Source of the DNA: Takakia lepidozioides
Lineage: Eukaryota; Plantae; Bryophyta
NCBI GenBank assembly: GCA_030704615.1
Contig: CM060734.1
Span: 43,772,001 to 43,836,000 of the forward strand
Direction of reading: 5' to 3'
Length of the DNA: 64,000 nucleotides
Part shown: in pieces, positions 25,015-38,735 of the stretch
Layout of the letters: every line of letters starts with the position of its first letter
How positions within the stretch are numbered: position 1 is the stretch's first letter
Translations under genes and position numbers: made by a program
Notes under the pieces: generated by a model
Database searches by the model: none
What the model was told of the DNA's origin: nothing
Seen by the model: only the letters and a program-made list of their open reading frames with translations

Positions 25015-26513
25015 TATCTGAGTGAAGCTGTGGAATGAATGGATGAGTTGATGGAATCCAATAGATTGATAAAGCAAACTGATACTTAATTATCAATGGT
25101 AAGGTAGCTAACATGAATGCCAAAAGGGAAACAAATAGGAAACACCCCCATGATACACTAGCTGTAGGTCATGACTGATTGTTCTGCGCGGGCTGAGTAC
25201 TTAGAGATTTCCAACTCTTCTATCTTGGAGTTTCCGCCTCGAATAGCGAAGGGATGGGTGAGTAAAAGCCGTGTGACAATGTGGAATGAGCATGTGGCGC
25301 ACAGGTCGTTCCGAGCGATCATCTTGGCGTGGAAGCAAGCAAGCAAGCAATGAAACGAATGTTGTACATGTGTGACCTCCAAGAAACAATTCTGGTACTT
25401 GAAGTGTATGTTTCTGTATTCTTGTTTCGTTTTTTCCATGTAGAACTACGAATTCGGAGGTTTTCAGGGAGCTATGAAGGCTCTGGACGTGCAGCCGAGC
25501 AACATTGCGTTAACGCAAACTTGTATCCCTTTGTTTTGGTTTCACTTTCATGTACCTGGGGTATCCAATGAAGTCGTTATTCTGCATGTGAAAGGGCAAA
25601 AATTGACAGGAAAATCAACCTTGCATCAACACAAGGTTGATGAAGGGCCTGGCTGTGTAGGTTTTCCTGTGTTCTTGGGCTATTTTTTTTTTGTGGTTTC
25701 CAGTTGCAATGCTGCCAGGATGAACTTAAAGTCGGTTTGGAGTCTGTTTGAAATGTTGTTTAGAGCACTGTACCATCAAACAGCCCTCTACACAGTGTGA
25801 TTGTATCGTAAAAGTATCGGATTATGATTTATCAGGTATCAGGCCGAAGCCATTGTGTCTCTAATCTGCTCTACAATATCATTACAGCCTTGCATATAAC
25901 AAGCATCTACTCATCATCTCTCTATCTTCACTTCCGTTCTTCATCTCTGCCCGATCCCCTCTCCTCCATGACCATGAAGTCCTCCTCCGAATTCCCCTCT
26001 CCTCCATGACCAAAATTCCCCGCTCCCCTTTACCTTATGGCCCGTGGTTCTAACCGTTTCCCTCACTAACCGTCGTCTGTGAACTAACATGTTCCCTTCG
26101 CAGGTGTTGTTTCCCACAGTCGTTCCCTGTCCTGCTCTCCGTTCCCTATGATCGTGACAGCTGTGTCAAGCTGTGACTGACTGTGTGAAACTGTGACGGG
26201 CTGTGACTGGCTGTGCGACTGTGTTTGGCTGTGTAGGCTGTGCCGGGCTGTGATGGCTGTGTCGGCTGTGACGACTGTGACAGGCTGTGTCGGCTGTGTC
26301 TGCTGTGACGACTGTGACGGGTGTTACTGCTGTGACGACTGTGACGGGCTGTGTAACCCCCCTCTACAGTGCGCTGCTGTCACCCCTAAGGCTCCTGTTG
26401 GTCTCAGTCTGTGCAAAAATTAAGGGTACCCTACAGATCCCGTATAAGTGTCTAAGTCCCCGACAGTCCTCTAACATTACCCCTTCCCCCTCAAAAAGCC
26501 GTGTCCTCACGGT

Positions 26514-29500
26514 TTACTGATTTCGATTAGCAAACCTTTGTGAGTGAGCACCTTTGACGTTGAGAGTTTCGTGGCGGACTGTGTGTACGAGCCCGAGGTC
26601 TGTCTCTGGTTGACGGAGATGGTTGATCACTACCTGGATAAGTGAGGCCCTCTGGAGGCTGATATCGAGGTAACCTTTCCGGCATAGGAGACCCCCGTCG
26701 CTTCTTCTCTGCCATCTGAACTGCATAGTCTTCTCCCATGTCAAAAGAATTCGGTGAAGAAACAGTTGTATCAGAATCCTCATCGCCTCTCAGATGTTTT
26801 AATTTTCGAACTTTTTGTGGAATCATCTGGGGCATACAATGTTGTCCTACCATGTCTGGAAGTTTATATTTTACAACTTGGTGTAACCGCTGAACAGCAA
26901 AATTGGTGTAGACACTGAGCTCCTTGTCTGTCCAGGTGAGTGGGGTACCAATTACTGGTGCAGCGTGCAAGTTTTTCCATGCCACATGTCCCTTATAGAA
27001 AATATCATCAATGCCGAATTTCTGTGTTGACAAATTGTTCCAGGCCGCTTGAAACCATGAACGAATTTGAGAATCCTTTTGCATCATAACTTTTGGGTCA
27101 TATAGGTACATATGAGGTGGCACCGAAGGTAATACCCAATGATCTCCACTGGAATAACTCAGAAAGCGTGTTTGCATCTTTTGTTGCTCAATGTGATAAC
27201 GTACCAGAAAACAAGCAGCGTAGTATAACCCGCATCCCATGACAATACTTGCTACCTCCTTGGTCTTGGTATAAATGAGTCCATGTACAACCTGGAAAAC
27301 AATTAATTCCCTCAACATGGTACCTGCCTCGTGCCAGTATTGTGCAAAGTGATGATCCTCAATTGTCGATTGTTCGGAAGAACTTTAGTCCTAGTTGCCA
27401 CTGGCAGCCAATACGCATGATTTGGTAGTAATGTGCGAATGACTGCGGAGGACTAAATTCTTTCCAAGCCAAATCCAACATGATGGGAATTTGGTTGAAG
27501 GGCATAATCATAGCCCTACTGTACTCCCTTGCAGCTGGAGTTTTAGGTGGGTTAAAAGCGCATTGCCCCATACCTCCGGCTGTGGTGGCTGTGGTGTGGT
27601 TGTAGTAACACAGGTTCAGCTACTGGTACAGTGACTTGTTGTGGTGGTGGTGGTACTGGCTCTTGTATCATTGGCATCTCCTGCACCTCCTGTGAAGACT
27701 GAAAAGCCAAAGTTCTGGCTTGTAAATAAGAAGCCATTAGCTGTTCCTGAGGGATATAGACTCTTTTGTCGATGTTTGAAGTGAGGTCCTCCACTTGAGT
27801 CTGCAGTCCGTCTACATCCTCCTTGTAACTCTGCTATCCTACTATAGACATTGTCTATAGTAGTTGTGGCAATGTTCTGCACTTGCAGTCTGAGCTCATT
27901 CATCTCGCTTTGGGTGAGCTTTCGTGGTGCTTTGCCCTCTACTGGCCCTTGTGCTAACCAGACCTGCATAAGGCTGTTATCCACCAAGTTGCTTGTGGTT
28001 CCCTTGAGAGTTTGCTCCTCTCTTAGCTTGTACACTTCTAACTGCTGTTGTAAAGCCTCCATGCGCTTCGCATGAGGTTCAACCAATTGCATAGCAGCAA
28101 GTAGATTATTGGCTTCCTTCCAAGCCTTGTTATGACCGCGATTTCATTTCTATTGGCCATGATGGTTTGTTGCAACTCCACGATGTGCTTCTCTTGATCA
28201 GCTTCAATCTGCCTGTATTGCTTGAAAGTATCCTCATTGCGACAGATTGTATTCTTCATATCGACAATGAGTTTCATTTGCTCAACATTCTCTTCTTCTT
28301 CTGCCTTCGTACATTTTTCCGCTTGACTGTTTATTTCTTTTGTAGATTGGTCAAGCATAGTTGTGAATGTAGCACATTGTATCGCCATCCTGTCATGCAC
28401 TGTCTGCAACTCCGTATGTAGTGCATTCACTTCTTGCAACTTGCTTTCATGCTGCACCTGCATTTGGTATAGCTGTTGCTTATGTGCTTCGTGCAACTGG
28501 TCTTGCGCGAGGCCTGCCTCAATTGTTCCTTGGCCAATTGCAAAGCCGCTTCTGTATTTTGCCAAGTCCTGCTGCATCTTGAGAGTGACCTCTTCATCGA
28601 CCTTGTTTGCACACTCAGTGGCTAGTCGAGCCTCAAACTCCTTCCTGAGTTCCTCTCTCAAGGCTGTCAATTGGGTAGTTGGAACATGGGATTTGACATA
28701 AGTCCCCACAAATTAAGTGTCCTGCCTATGGAACTCATCAGCATTGCCTGTTGAGGGTCATCATGGTGAGGTTGCTGTTGTTCCTCCTGATCCTCAACAG
28801 TGTGATGTCTCACGAACCACTCAGGCCATTGTCCCACCGGATTTTCTTCCTGAACCACTCATCTATCACCGGTGCTACAGTGTCATGACCTTCCGCCTGT
28901 GGTACCTCCGACACAGGTGTGTGTATTATATGCACCTCAGGATTTCCCTTGGGCAACTGTTGCACCTCTGGAATCTCTGTCTCCTTGACCAGACCAGAAT
29001 ATTCATAGAGAAGGTCCCCCTTCTCTTTTTCTGCCACTATCTGTTCTGTAGTTGGAATATCTAACCCTTCTTTTTCCAAATCAATTATTTCTGGTTGAGC
29101 TGCATGGACAACTTGTGACCTTGTGACAAGCCGATCAGCTGGCTGTGATGGTTGTGATGCTGAAGTAACTTCCTCCTCCCTCTCTGAAGGTCCTGCTTCC
29201 AGTAATAGCATTTCTCTGTGCTGCTGTGCCCTTCCTGCCATGAGCTTGGGAAACATTATCATGCGGAATCCGTGAAGCCAGTGGATCCGCCTACAGTCTT
29301 TCCCGTCTCTGCCTCTTAGTCTCGGGTTGCCCTGCTAGTCCACCCTCACTGTGTGAAGAGCCTTGCTCTTCCATTGCAGTGTTTCTGGCTCAAACACTCC
29401 CATTCCTTTCTTTCTTGCGCATCAAGTATGCCAGAATCAAGATTATTTGAGCAATGATTGGGCCAGACACTATGATAGGAGACTTTGCGGTAGTACCTTG

Positions 29501-30270
29501 TAATCTTTTCATCTCCTCCACCAGTGCGTTGTACATTATGTCCGCCCATTGTACCTCTTGTCCCTTCAGGCCTTTGAGTATTTCCTCCGTGAAGGATCTG
29601 CTCAAATACTGTTGGTTCTGTTTCATGGCAATCAGAACGTTCAATACCTGGCCTACCTCTTTTAGCCCTGGGTACACAGCCTTGGTACAAGCATAACCCT
29701 GAGTTTTAAAGAAACTCCCTTCTTGGAATAAGTCCCCTATTTGCAGTCTTGCCCTGTGTTCCTCCACATGCACCTGACCTGCTGGCAATCGAAACAATTG
29801 CTGGAGGTATAGGGGAGTAATCATTAATTCAACTCCCTTCACCGTTGTTGTTCCTGTCCTTGGCTCAAAGTTCTGCAAAAATTGTAACATGTACTGTCTA
29901 TGGTGTAATGTCCAATCTAGGCTTTGCAATCCTTGCAATCTCAGCTCCTCCAGTATCTGTATCGCCTGTGGGGTAGCAATCGTTTGTTTCTGCAGAATTG
30001 TGGTGCTCTTCACCCTGATTTCCTCCATTCCTCTCACTCTCTTCATTTTAGACTCACAGAACTGTTTTGGCTGTAACAACTGCAGAAATGCCTGTAGTGC
30101 ACAAAGCATAAACGTATGGTTGCCCAGAAAGCTATGGGTAATTTCTTGTAAGCCTGACGGGGCTTGCAAGCATCGCTCAAGAGAAAAGCTCCGCTCTGTT
30201 CTTTCGTGTCTATGCTGCGTAAGTAATATTGCAAGAGCGTATAATCTGTTAGTTCCTCCATAGTTTCCAA
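26514..30270 (-). pseudogene. Extra 3' ORF of family A (frameshifted)
   Basis: Sense-strand ORF chain between integrase and PPT, highly similar to 15509-19255. Confidence 0.72.
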
Positions 30271-30729
30271 GCTATAGCATTGATGGGTCTGTCCCGTCGA
30301 GACGCCGTTACTCAGAACGAACGCCGCCTCTTGTGCTCAATTTCCCTCCATTTCTTGATCCTTTCTCTGGTTTTCTATTGGCTGTCTCCGCGTGTGACTG
30401 GATTTAGATTTTATTTTTTAGTGGACTTTCCCTGCTGGATAGTCCACTAGGATCACACATGTAACAAGAATTTCGCTTTTCTGTACTTGCCGTTCGTTCC
30501 GTTTCCCTTTTTCCGTATTCATTAATGGGCCCGCCTTTCATCCCTTTTGACGGCCGTTCTTGTCTCTTTCTTTAATGACACCTGGTCTTGCACTTCTTCT
30601 CAGCTGTGTGTCGCGCCCTGACTCCACGGTCTATTTTTAAACTATTTCCGTTTTTTCTTCCGTCAGCCATTTTCCTGAAGTTATTATGCGTCCACCTGTC
30701 ACTGATTCTATGGATCGTGTAACCCTAGT

Positions 30730-30935
30730 AGGCTGTGTTGAGCTGTGACAGGCTGTGTCATACTGGGGTACACTGTGATAGGCTGTGATGCACTGTGGTA
30801 AGCTGTGATAGGCTGTGACTGTGGTTGTGATAGGCTGTGCACGCCGTGCTGGGCTGTGATAGGCTGTGCCTTGAATAGGCTGTGTCACGTCGTGATGAGC
30901 TGTGTAGGCTATGGGCTGTGATAGGCTGTGTCACG
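30730..30935. repeat. ACAGCCTATC-type short tandem repeats downstream of integrase (also 14818-15035)
   Basis: Repeated (A)CAGCCTATCAC units sharing the CACAGC core of the LTR repeat tracts. Confidence 0.8.
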
Positions 30936-30999
30936 CTTGTTTTGCCCGCCCTGATCATATGTGCTGGCCTAGCGACAAGTGCTCCATACTCCGTTCGTA

Positions 31000-33900
31000 A
31001 CACTGGTGCAGCCCGTGACTGCTCTTGCGTTTCAACATGCAAATCATGCTGCAATGGTTTGTCATGGATACCACTGTACCCCTTCAACTTATTGGCATTG
31101 ACTCTTCCCAGCATTTCTTTGTTAATGGTTTGTAACATGCGGTGTTGTTATCATACATCTTTTGTATGACATAAGGTCCTTTCCATGGTGATTTAAGCTT
31201 AGAAGCTTTAATCTTTCCCTTTCTTCTGCAACCATAGAACCAAATCCCCGTCTTAAGGGTTTTTAACTTGCCTTCATCAAACTGTTCCTTTCCTCTTCAT
31301 CTGAATTCTGGTCATATTATCAGCTGCATCAGCACGTACTTCTTCCACATGGTATAATTCATGTTTCCTGACCTTAATGGAATCTTGCAATTCCATTCTT
31401 TTTCCCCACTCCGTTCTCATGGTAGGTAACAGAATTCCACTGGAAGTAAGGCTTCCATACCATAAACTAATTGGAATGGTGTATACTTAGTGGGACTTTA
31501 TAGGAAGTCCTGTATGACCACAAAGCTGTCAGCAGCTTTGTATCCCAATCCGTTCTGTTTGCATTGACTATCTTAGCCAAGATAGTACATAGTATTTTGT
31601 TGGTAGCCTCTGCCTGCCCATTACCCTGGGGGTAATATGTTGTACTCTTTCTATGTACAATCATGAACTCTTTAGTCAACAACTCAATGGTCTCATTCAT
31701 GAAGTGACTTCCCTGATCACTGATAAATTCTAAGGGACAGCCAAATCGTGTAAGTATGTTCTCGTACAAGAACCTTGCTGTGGACTTGGCTGTGTTGTCC
31801 CTCAAAGCTTTAGCTTCCACCCACTTCGTAGTATAATCAGTGGCTGTAATTATGTACCTGTTCCGTGTATTCTTGGCTGGTGGGTTTATCGGTCCAACAA
31901 AGTCTAGTCCCCATTTCTGAAATGGTTCCGTAGGCATTGTAGGATGCAAGGCCATCCTTCCAGATCTCTGCAAAGGTCCTAGCCTCTGACATTCATCACA
32001 ACTCTGACAATACTCGTGTACATCTTTGAACAAAGTAGGCCACCAGTAACCTGCGAGTAGTATCTTCCTACTGGTAGTCTCTTCTCCAAAATGACCTCCA
32101 GCCACTCCTTTATGAACTTCCTCCAAAACTTTATTTACTTCATGGTGGTACAAGCATCGTTTTAGTACTCCATCAGGTCCTAGCTTATACATTCTGCTTC
32201 CTACCATAGTATAAGGTAAAGCTTTGATAGCGATTCTCTTCCTCTGCTCCTTACCATAACTAGGTGGCACTGACATGGAGCAAGGTAGTATCTGATTGGC
32301 CACTGCCAATCTAACCAGTCATCTGCACTTCCTGCACCTCCACTGCAAAGAGACTCGCATCTGGTAATTGATCATCTATTCCTGTGGCTGGTTCTCCTGT
32401 TGATAACGTGACAAGTGATCCGCCACAAGATGCAGTCTCCAGGCTTGTAAACAACCTCGAACTCAAACTGTGCAAGATTATCAACCATCTTGCTATTCTT
32501 CCGCTTATCAGAGGTTTGTTTACCAGGTATATTAGAGCCTGGTGATCCACATAGAACATAAACTTCTTGCCCAACAGGTAATGCCTGAATTTCTTCACTG
32601 CATAGATCATTGCCAATGCTTTTCTTTCCGTTGTGCTATAGTTCCTTTCAGCACTGTTCATCAACCGGCTAGCATAGTACACAGGTGAATCTATATTTCC
32701 TGTAACATTCTGGGCTAACACCGCTCCCAACGCTTCTCCTGATGCATCGCAGTGAACATGAAATACTACATGCCAGTGAGGGTTAATCAGCACAGGTGTA
32801 GTTGTTACTGACAGTGTAAGTTCCTCAAACGCCTGTTGACATTCAGCTGTCCAGGCAAACACTGCATCTTTCTTCAGTAGTTTGCTCAATGGTGCTGCTA
32901 TTTGTGCATACCTTTTGACAAATCTTCTGTAATAACTGGTTTGCCCAAGGAATCTCCTTAGACTTTTAACATTCACTGGTGGTGGAGAGGCTTTAATGGA
33001 CTCTGTCTTTCTGGGATCCACAAGGAGTCCCTTCTTACACACAATGTGTCCCAGAAGCACCCCTGAGTTCACACAGAAAGTACACTTCTCTGGATTCAGG
33101 CCCAGACCTCTCATCCTGCATCTGGCCAAACATAACTCCAATTTATGCAAGTGCTCATTCTTAGAGCTGTACACACTGAAATCATCCAAGAATACCTGCA
33201 TGAAATCATCCAGATACTCATGAAAAGATTCACTTATCACTCTCTGAAAGGTCGCTGGTGCATTACAAAGTCCAAAGGGCATGACTTTGTATGCATAAGC
33301 CCCCCAGTCTGTGATGAAAGCTGTTTTCCCTTGGTCTTCTTCTGCCACTTGCACTTGATTATAACCACTGAAGCCATCCATGAATGAGTACATCTCATGG
33401 CCTGCCACAGTGTCTAATACTGCTTCTGTGAATGGCAAAGGGAAAGGATCTTTCTTCGTACAAGCATTCAGCTTCTTATAGTTCACACATACTCTTAGTT
33501 TGCCATTCTTCTTGGGAACTATAACAATGGGTGACAACCAAGTTGTATACTCTATTGGTATATAACTTAGCCTCAGCCAACTTCTTTATCTTCTCCAACC
33601 TTCTGTGCGTAGTTGGGATTCATTCTATACCTCGCCTGCTTGATTGGTACTGACCCTGGTTCCAGTTCAATCTTATGCTGACAGACTTCAGGTGGTATCC
33701 CTTTTAGATCCTCATAGCTCCAAGCAAATACATCTCTGTATTTGATGAACAAGCTTTTAGCTTCTTCGAAGAATTCCGGCTCCAAATCAGCTCCTACTTT
33801 CACCATCCTCGGTTCCTCTTTAGTTCCCACATTTACTTCCCTCACCTGCTCATCAGCTGTGATTGTCCAACCAGTCACCACTTCATCCTGTAAGCTCACA

Positions 33901-34235
33901 GTGGCTGGTTCTTCTAGGATTTCCATTTCTCCTTCTCTTTCTTCATAGAAATGTGATGGGTAAATGCTGGTTTCCTCTTCAGTTGGTGTTTTGTCACTAC
34001 ACCACAGCAGATACCTCTCAAACAACTTAGGCTTTCCAGCCGCATCTCTGCAACCTGCTCCCACTCTGGGTGTGCAGCAAATAGGGTAGCTTCCTGCTCC
34101 TCATCCAGTCCTCCTTTCCAGTCATACTCTCTGACTCCTCGAGGTCTTCTTGTAGCAGGTAATCTACTAGATTTCTTTGTGGTAATTTGTATCTCGTGTA
34201 TCCCATTATGCACGGTTACCGTGATACAGCCTGTG
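31000..34235 (-). pseudogene. Family-A pol: RT, RNase H, integrase (no protease)
   Basis: SPIVIVPKKNGKLRVCVNYKKLN, MDGFSGYNQV, MPFGLCNAPATFQR, FLDDFSV, VHCDASG, YVDHQAL, HKGVAGGHFG..CDEC, WGLDFVGP, SDQGSHF, NGQAE, and a GPY tail. Confidence 0.95.
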
Positions 34236-36603
34236 CCTACAATAAGGTGCCACAGCTAATAGCTGTCCAATGGTAATTTCTGCTTTGGTCTGGCATATTA
34301 CTTCAGCCAAAGTCTCTTCATTACTTTGCATGTCTGCATCTTCTTTCTTCCTTTCTTCCTCACTCCCTTCTTTTCTCCATCAGAATCAGAGGAATCTGCC
34401 ACAGGAATATCAGTACTCTTTTGCATTTCCCTTATAGTATCTGCCACTTCCTTGTGTAGTTCCTTCTCATCTTTCCAAGTCTCTTCATCTTCAGGCATAT
34501 CATTGCCACCTTCATTATCATCTTCTTCCTCTACTACTGGAGGTATTAGTTTGGCTTTACTTCTTGTTATTATCATTGTACTTACTTCTGGTACAACACA
34601 TGGCCTAACCATGTGAGCTGCCACCACTGGGCCCTCATTCACAGGAGCTCTCATCTCATTCTGGTGTCTTATCCAGAATGAACAGGCTGCCCTGCGATGT
34701 CCTGGCTGATTACAATAGTAACATAGTTCTTCACCATTGGGTCCTCGCCCTTGGTCTGTTCTTGGATTATTTCTATAATCCTGATTCCCGGGCTGGTAAT
34801 TCCCCCTTGGATTACCCTGATAGTTGCCTCTGGAATTCCCTTGGTAATTCCCTCTTGAATTACCTCTCCCTTCCATGCCATTGTTATAACCACCAGACCT
34901 ACCATAGTGGTCCTGATCATTGTTTCTTCTTGGCTGGGGCTGCACCTGATGCACCCTTACTTGCCTAGGTTATCTTGCAGCTGTCCTTCTGTTGTAGTAA
35001 CAATTCTCAGTAGAATGGTTATCCATTTTACAGATAGTACAGTGTTTCTCCTTCAGGTGGCATTCTGTGGTGGTATGGCCTTCATTCTGGCACTTTGCAC
35101 ACCATACACCCTTCCTCCAATGTGTTGCAGCCTCTGTGGCATACTTCTTCAAGATTTCTTCCAATCTTTTTTCATAGTTATCCCTCTTCAACTTCTCCTT
35201 TCTCTTACTTTTTTTTTTAGTTCTTGCTCTTCTTCTTCATCTGACTCATCCTCAGAGTCCTCATCATCCTTTTTCTCTCTCCTGAGCATTCCCAATTGCT
35301 CAATTCAAATGCCTCCTCCACTATATTATGGGGTAACATATCCACTTTCTTTTGCAACTCCGGTCTTAGTCCACTCACAAACCAAGTCTTCTGTAAACCG
35401 GGTGCTGGTACTGCAGCCAGTTTTTTCATCATCAATTCCATCTTCTCCATATACTCTTCAACAATTTCATGCTTCTTCTGCTTCAGCTGTTGTAAACTCC
35501 CATACACTTCATCCTCAGTTTTACTTGTCCTGAACCTATTTCGAAATGCTGTATTCAAGCCATTCCAGGTTAGGAAATGATTATCAGGGAATCTTGCATA
35601 CCATTCATTTGCTTTCTTGATAAGTGAACAAGGAAACAATCTCATCTTGGCATCATCGCCATTCTCGTTGTTCACTATACACATGTGCTCAAATTGGCTA
35701 ATGTGTACATCGGGATCCCCTTTTCCTGCATATATTGGAAAGGGTGGTTTTGCCCGTGTTGGTTGTAAACGCCATCTGTGGCCCTACCTTCTGCCCACTG
35801 ACAGGTGCTGGCACCCTTGCTGGTGCTGGTCCTCCTAGACTTGTTGTTTTTGTGGTGGATCTTCCACCAAGTGGTGGCCCTTGAGCACTCCCTGCTTCCG
35901 GCCCCACGATATTCACGGTATTCCCAGCTTCAGTTGCACTACTTCCCACACTCCCTGTCCCCCAGAGCCAGATCCAGGCAGTCCGCCTGATCCCCCTGAG
36001 CCGACACCTTCGTTGGCTGTGATCCAAGTGCTCCACTTGATCCAGGTCCAACGGGTTGGGATGTCCTGGTTGTAGTCTCAACCTCAGCTGTTGGGTCTAC
36101 TTCTTCATATCCTTCCTCTTCCAATTTCTTCTCTCTGTTTTCATCCTCCAAGTTCTGCCCTTGGGTTTCTTCTTCACTCATGTAACTCAACTGTAATGGT
36201 GTTGGAGAGTCTGAACTCTCCGTTGGCTCTGCCACATCCTCTTCTCCTTCTTCACCTTCCGCTTCAGAAACTAGAGTTCCTACTTTTGGTGTTCCATGCC
36301 AACTCTTATCAAAGATTTCTGTCAAATCTTTTATCCAGGGATGTACCTCAGATCTTTCACCTCGTGATTGATCTTCTTCTGTACCAATTCCCTTAATCTT
36401 TCTTGCAAAGAAACAGAAGGAGTGGCATCCAACTCTACTTCTTCCGGTATGGGTGATGTACTCTTTGATATTAATGGTGTGAGAGGTCCAGATGATTCCC
36501 CTATGTCTATTCCTCTCTCCCAAAGATATGGATAATTAGCTTTCAGATAGCTTTCTCTTTTTGCTGAATATCTCTGGCGTCTAGCTTCTCTTTCATCACT
36601 CAT
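34236..36603 (-). pseudogene. Family-A gag (capsid plus three CCHC zinc knuckles)
   Basis: KMRLFPCSLIKKANEWY..LQQLKQKKHEIVEEY; knuckles CAKCQNEGHTTTEC, CTICKMDNHSTENC and CYYCNQPGHRRAAC. Confidence 0.88.
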
Positions 36604-36660
36604 GTCCCATGTCTTTCATTTCTCTTAATGTGGCAATAACCAAAACTCTCTTCTGTAATA

Positions 36661-37170
36661 TCACTCGTATATGCCTGGGTTTCTTTCAAGCTTCAATGCA
36701 CCCTTGGCTATACTTGAAGTCTCCGTTACCATATAACCATATGGCAAACAAGTCTGAAAAGCTGTTCTTGGTGTGAGTTTGATCCACAAAATATCCTTTG
36801 GAATCCAATTCTTTACCAGTACAAGCTCTTCATGCATATGAGTATAAACATTCACCTTTCTTTCTTCCCAGCCTTCAAACTCTACTCGCTTAATGGATAG
36901 TAATGCTATCACATAAACCAACGTGGGTAACCAACGTGCTCTTCCTCTATAGGCTACCTGATAAATCTTTATCACTCCTTTCTCCAGACCCCATTCCGGA
37001 TCAGCATCATGCACTCGCTTAAGAATATTATCTTTACAACCGTCTGGCAATTCCAAGAACCTTTGAAAGAATTGTTTGGACAATCTTTCTTCCTTCGTTC
37101 CACAGGGAATTTGATTCACTTCAAATTCTTTAATGGTCCAACCACCATGATCCCACCAGATGCCTGTCAC
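36661..37170 (-). CDS. Extra 5' ORF (ORF0) between PBS and gag, function unknown
   Basis: 169-codon sense frame starting just after the PBS; no in-frame ATG at its start and no motif recognised. Confidence 0.45.
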   Translation of the reverse strand: MTGIWWDHGGWTIKEFEVNQIPCGTKEERLSKQFFQRFLELPDGCKDNILKRVHDADPEWGLEKGVIKIYQVAYRGRARWLPTLVYVIALLSIKRVEFEGWEERKVNVYTHMHEELVLVKNWIPKDILWIKLTPRTAFQTCLPYGYMVTETSSIAKGALKLERNPGIYE

Positions 37171-37191
37171 ATCTAGTTGTTCATTACTCAG

Positions 37192-37209
37192 TCCCCAGTA
37201 TGGTCGCCA
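37192..37209 (-). other. Primer-binding site, probably tRNA-Arg type
   Basis: TGGCGACCATACTGGGGA lies 2 nt after the LTR end and is complementary to a tRNA 3' end (..GGTCG-CCA). Confidence 0.75.
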
Positions 37210-37211
37210 AA

Positions 37212-38175
37212 TGTCACACGGCTTTTACTCACCCATCCCTTCGCTATTCGAGGCGGAAACTCCAAGATAGAAGAGTTGGAAATCTCTAAGTACTCAGCCC
37301 GCGCAGAACAATCAGTCATGACCTACAGCTAGTGTATCATGGGGGTGTTTCCTATTTGTTTCCCTTTTGGCATTCATGTTAGCTACCTTACCATTGATAA
37401 TTAAGTATCAGTTTGCTTTATCAATCTATTGGATTTTGTCAACTCATCCATTCATTCCACAGCTTCACTCAGATCTCTCTACACAGTGTGATTGTATCGT
37501 AAAAGTATCCGATTATGATTTATCAGGTATCAGGCCGAAGCCATTGTGTCTCTAATCTGCTCTACAATATCATTACAGCCTTGCATATAACAAGCATCTA
37601 CTCATCATCTCTCTATCTTCACTTCCGTTCTTCATCTCTGCCCGATCCCCTCTCCTCCATGACCATGAAGTCCTCCTCCGAATTCCCTCTCCTCCATGAC
37701 CAAAATTCCCCGCTCCCTTTTACCTTCTGGCCCGTGGTTCTAACCGTTTCCCTCACTAACCGTCGTCTGTGAACTAACATGTTCCCTTCGCAGGTGTTGT
37801 TTCCCACAGTCGTTCCCTGTCCTGCTCTCCATTCCCTATGATCGTGACAGCTGTGTCAAGCTGTGACTGGCTGTGTGAAACTGTGATGGGCTGTGACTGG
37901 CTGTGCGACTGTGTTTGGCTGTGACTGGCTGTGTGGCTGTGTCGGCTGTGCCGGGATGTGTCGGCTGTGATGGTTGTGTCGGCTGTGACGACTGTGACGG
38001 GCTGTGTTGGCTTTGTCGGTTGTGTCTGCTGTGACGACTGTGACGGGCTGTGTAACCCCCCTCTACAGTGCGCTGCTGTCACCCCTAAGGCTCCCGTTGG
38101 TCTCAGTCTGTGCAAAAATTAAGGGTACCCTACAGATCCCGTATAAGTGTCGAAGTCCCCGACAGTCCTCTAACA
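37212..38175 (-). repeat. 5' LTR of full-length family-A element
   Basis: TGTTAGAGG..GCCGTGTGACA on the minus strand, with an internal (CACAGC)n-like tract at ~37845-38050. Confidence 0.95.
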
Positions 38176-38735
38176 CACATGCATGGCAAACACGTGTCCA
38201 TCTAACCATTATGTATATCTCCGGAAATCATTTTTTTCTCATCTACCGAAATTCGTTCGGGTCCACCTCTCATCCGAAAAAATTCATTGATGAGTAATAG
38301 CTTTAGGGATGTTTCAGAGGAATGTGAAGTATGTACAGTTGTACAGCGGTGCAGGTGCCGTTAAAATTGAATGGAAATGGGCATCTCATCTGGAATCTCT
38401 GACATGACAGGCAAATGGTGGCTCTGTCAGTGAATCTTGCTGAGTTGGTTGTCCAATGCACTGGTGGGGCACCTCTGAGAAAACTGTTGCATTCTTTGAT
38501 TAGGGCTGACATTATCCACTCCGCATTTGGGCACTCTGCGACCGTCCACTTGGTTCGCATGGGGACACATTTCTACGATGTGCCGAACCGCGTTAGGAGA
38601 CCTGCAAGCGGGTGCGACACCTGCAACTTTGTGTAAGGATGTCATCTATACAACCAAAAAACTCCGCTCTAGTACAACCTGCAATCAGAAGCAACGTCGG
38701 ACTGTGAACTGTTCGTTTTGAAGCAACATTGACAG

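Larger units (their letters stand above)
25016..38175 (-). mobile_element. Full-length family-A Gypsy (non-chromoviral, Athila/Phygy-like) with its 3' LTR split by an inversion
   Basis: 5' LTR 37212-38175, PBS, ORF0, gag, RT-RH-INT, 3' ORF, PPT 26480-26492, then 3' LTR 25786-26476 plus an inverted piece 25016-25278. TSD ATGTG at 25279-25283 matches CACAT at 38176-38180. Confidence 0.93.
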
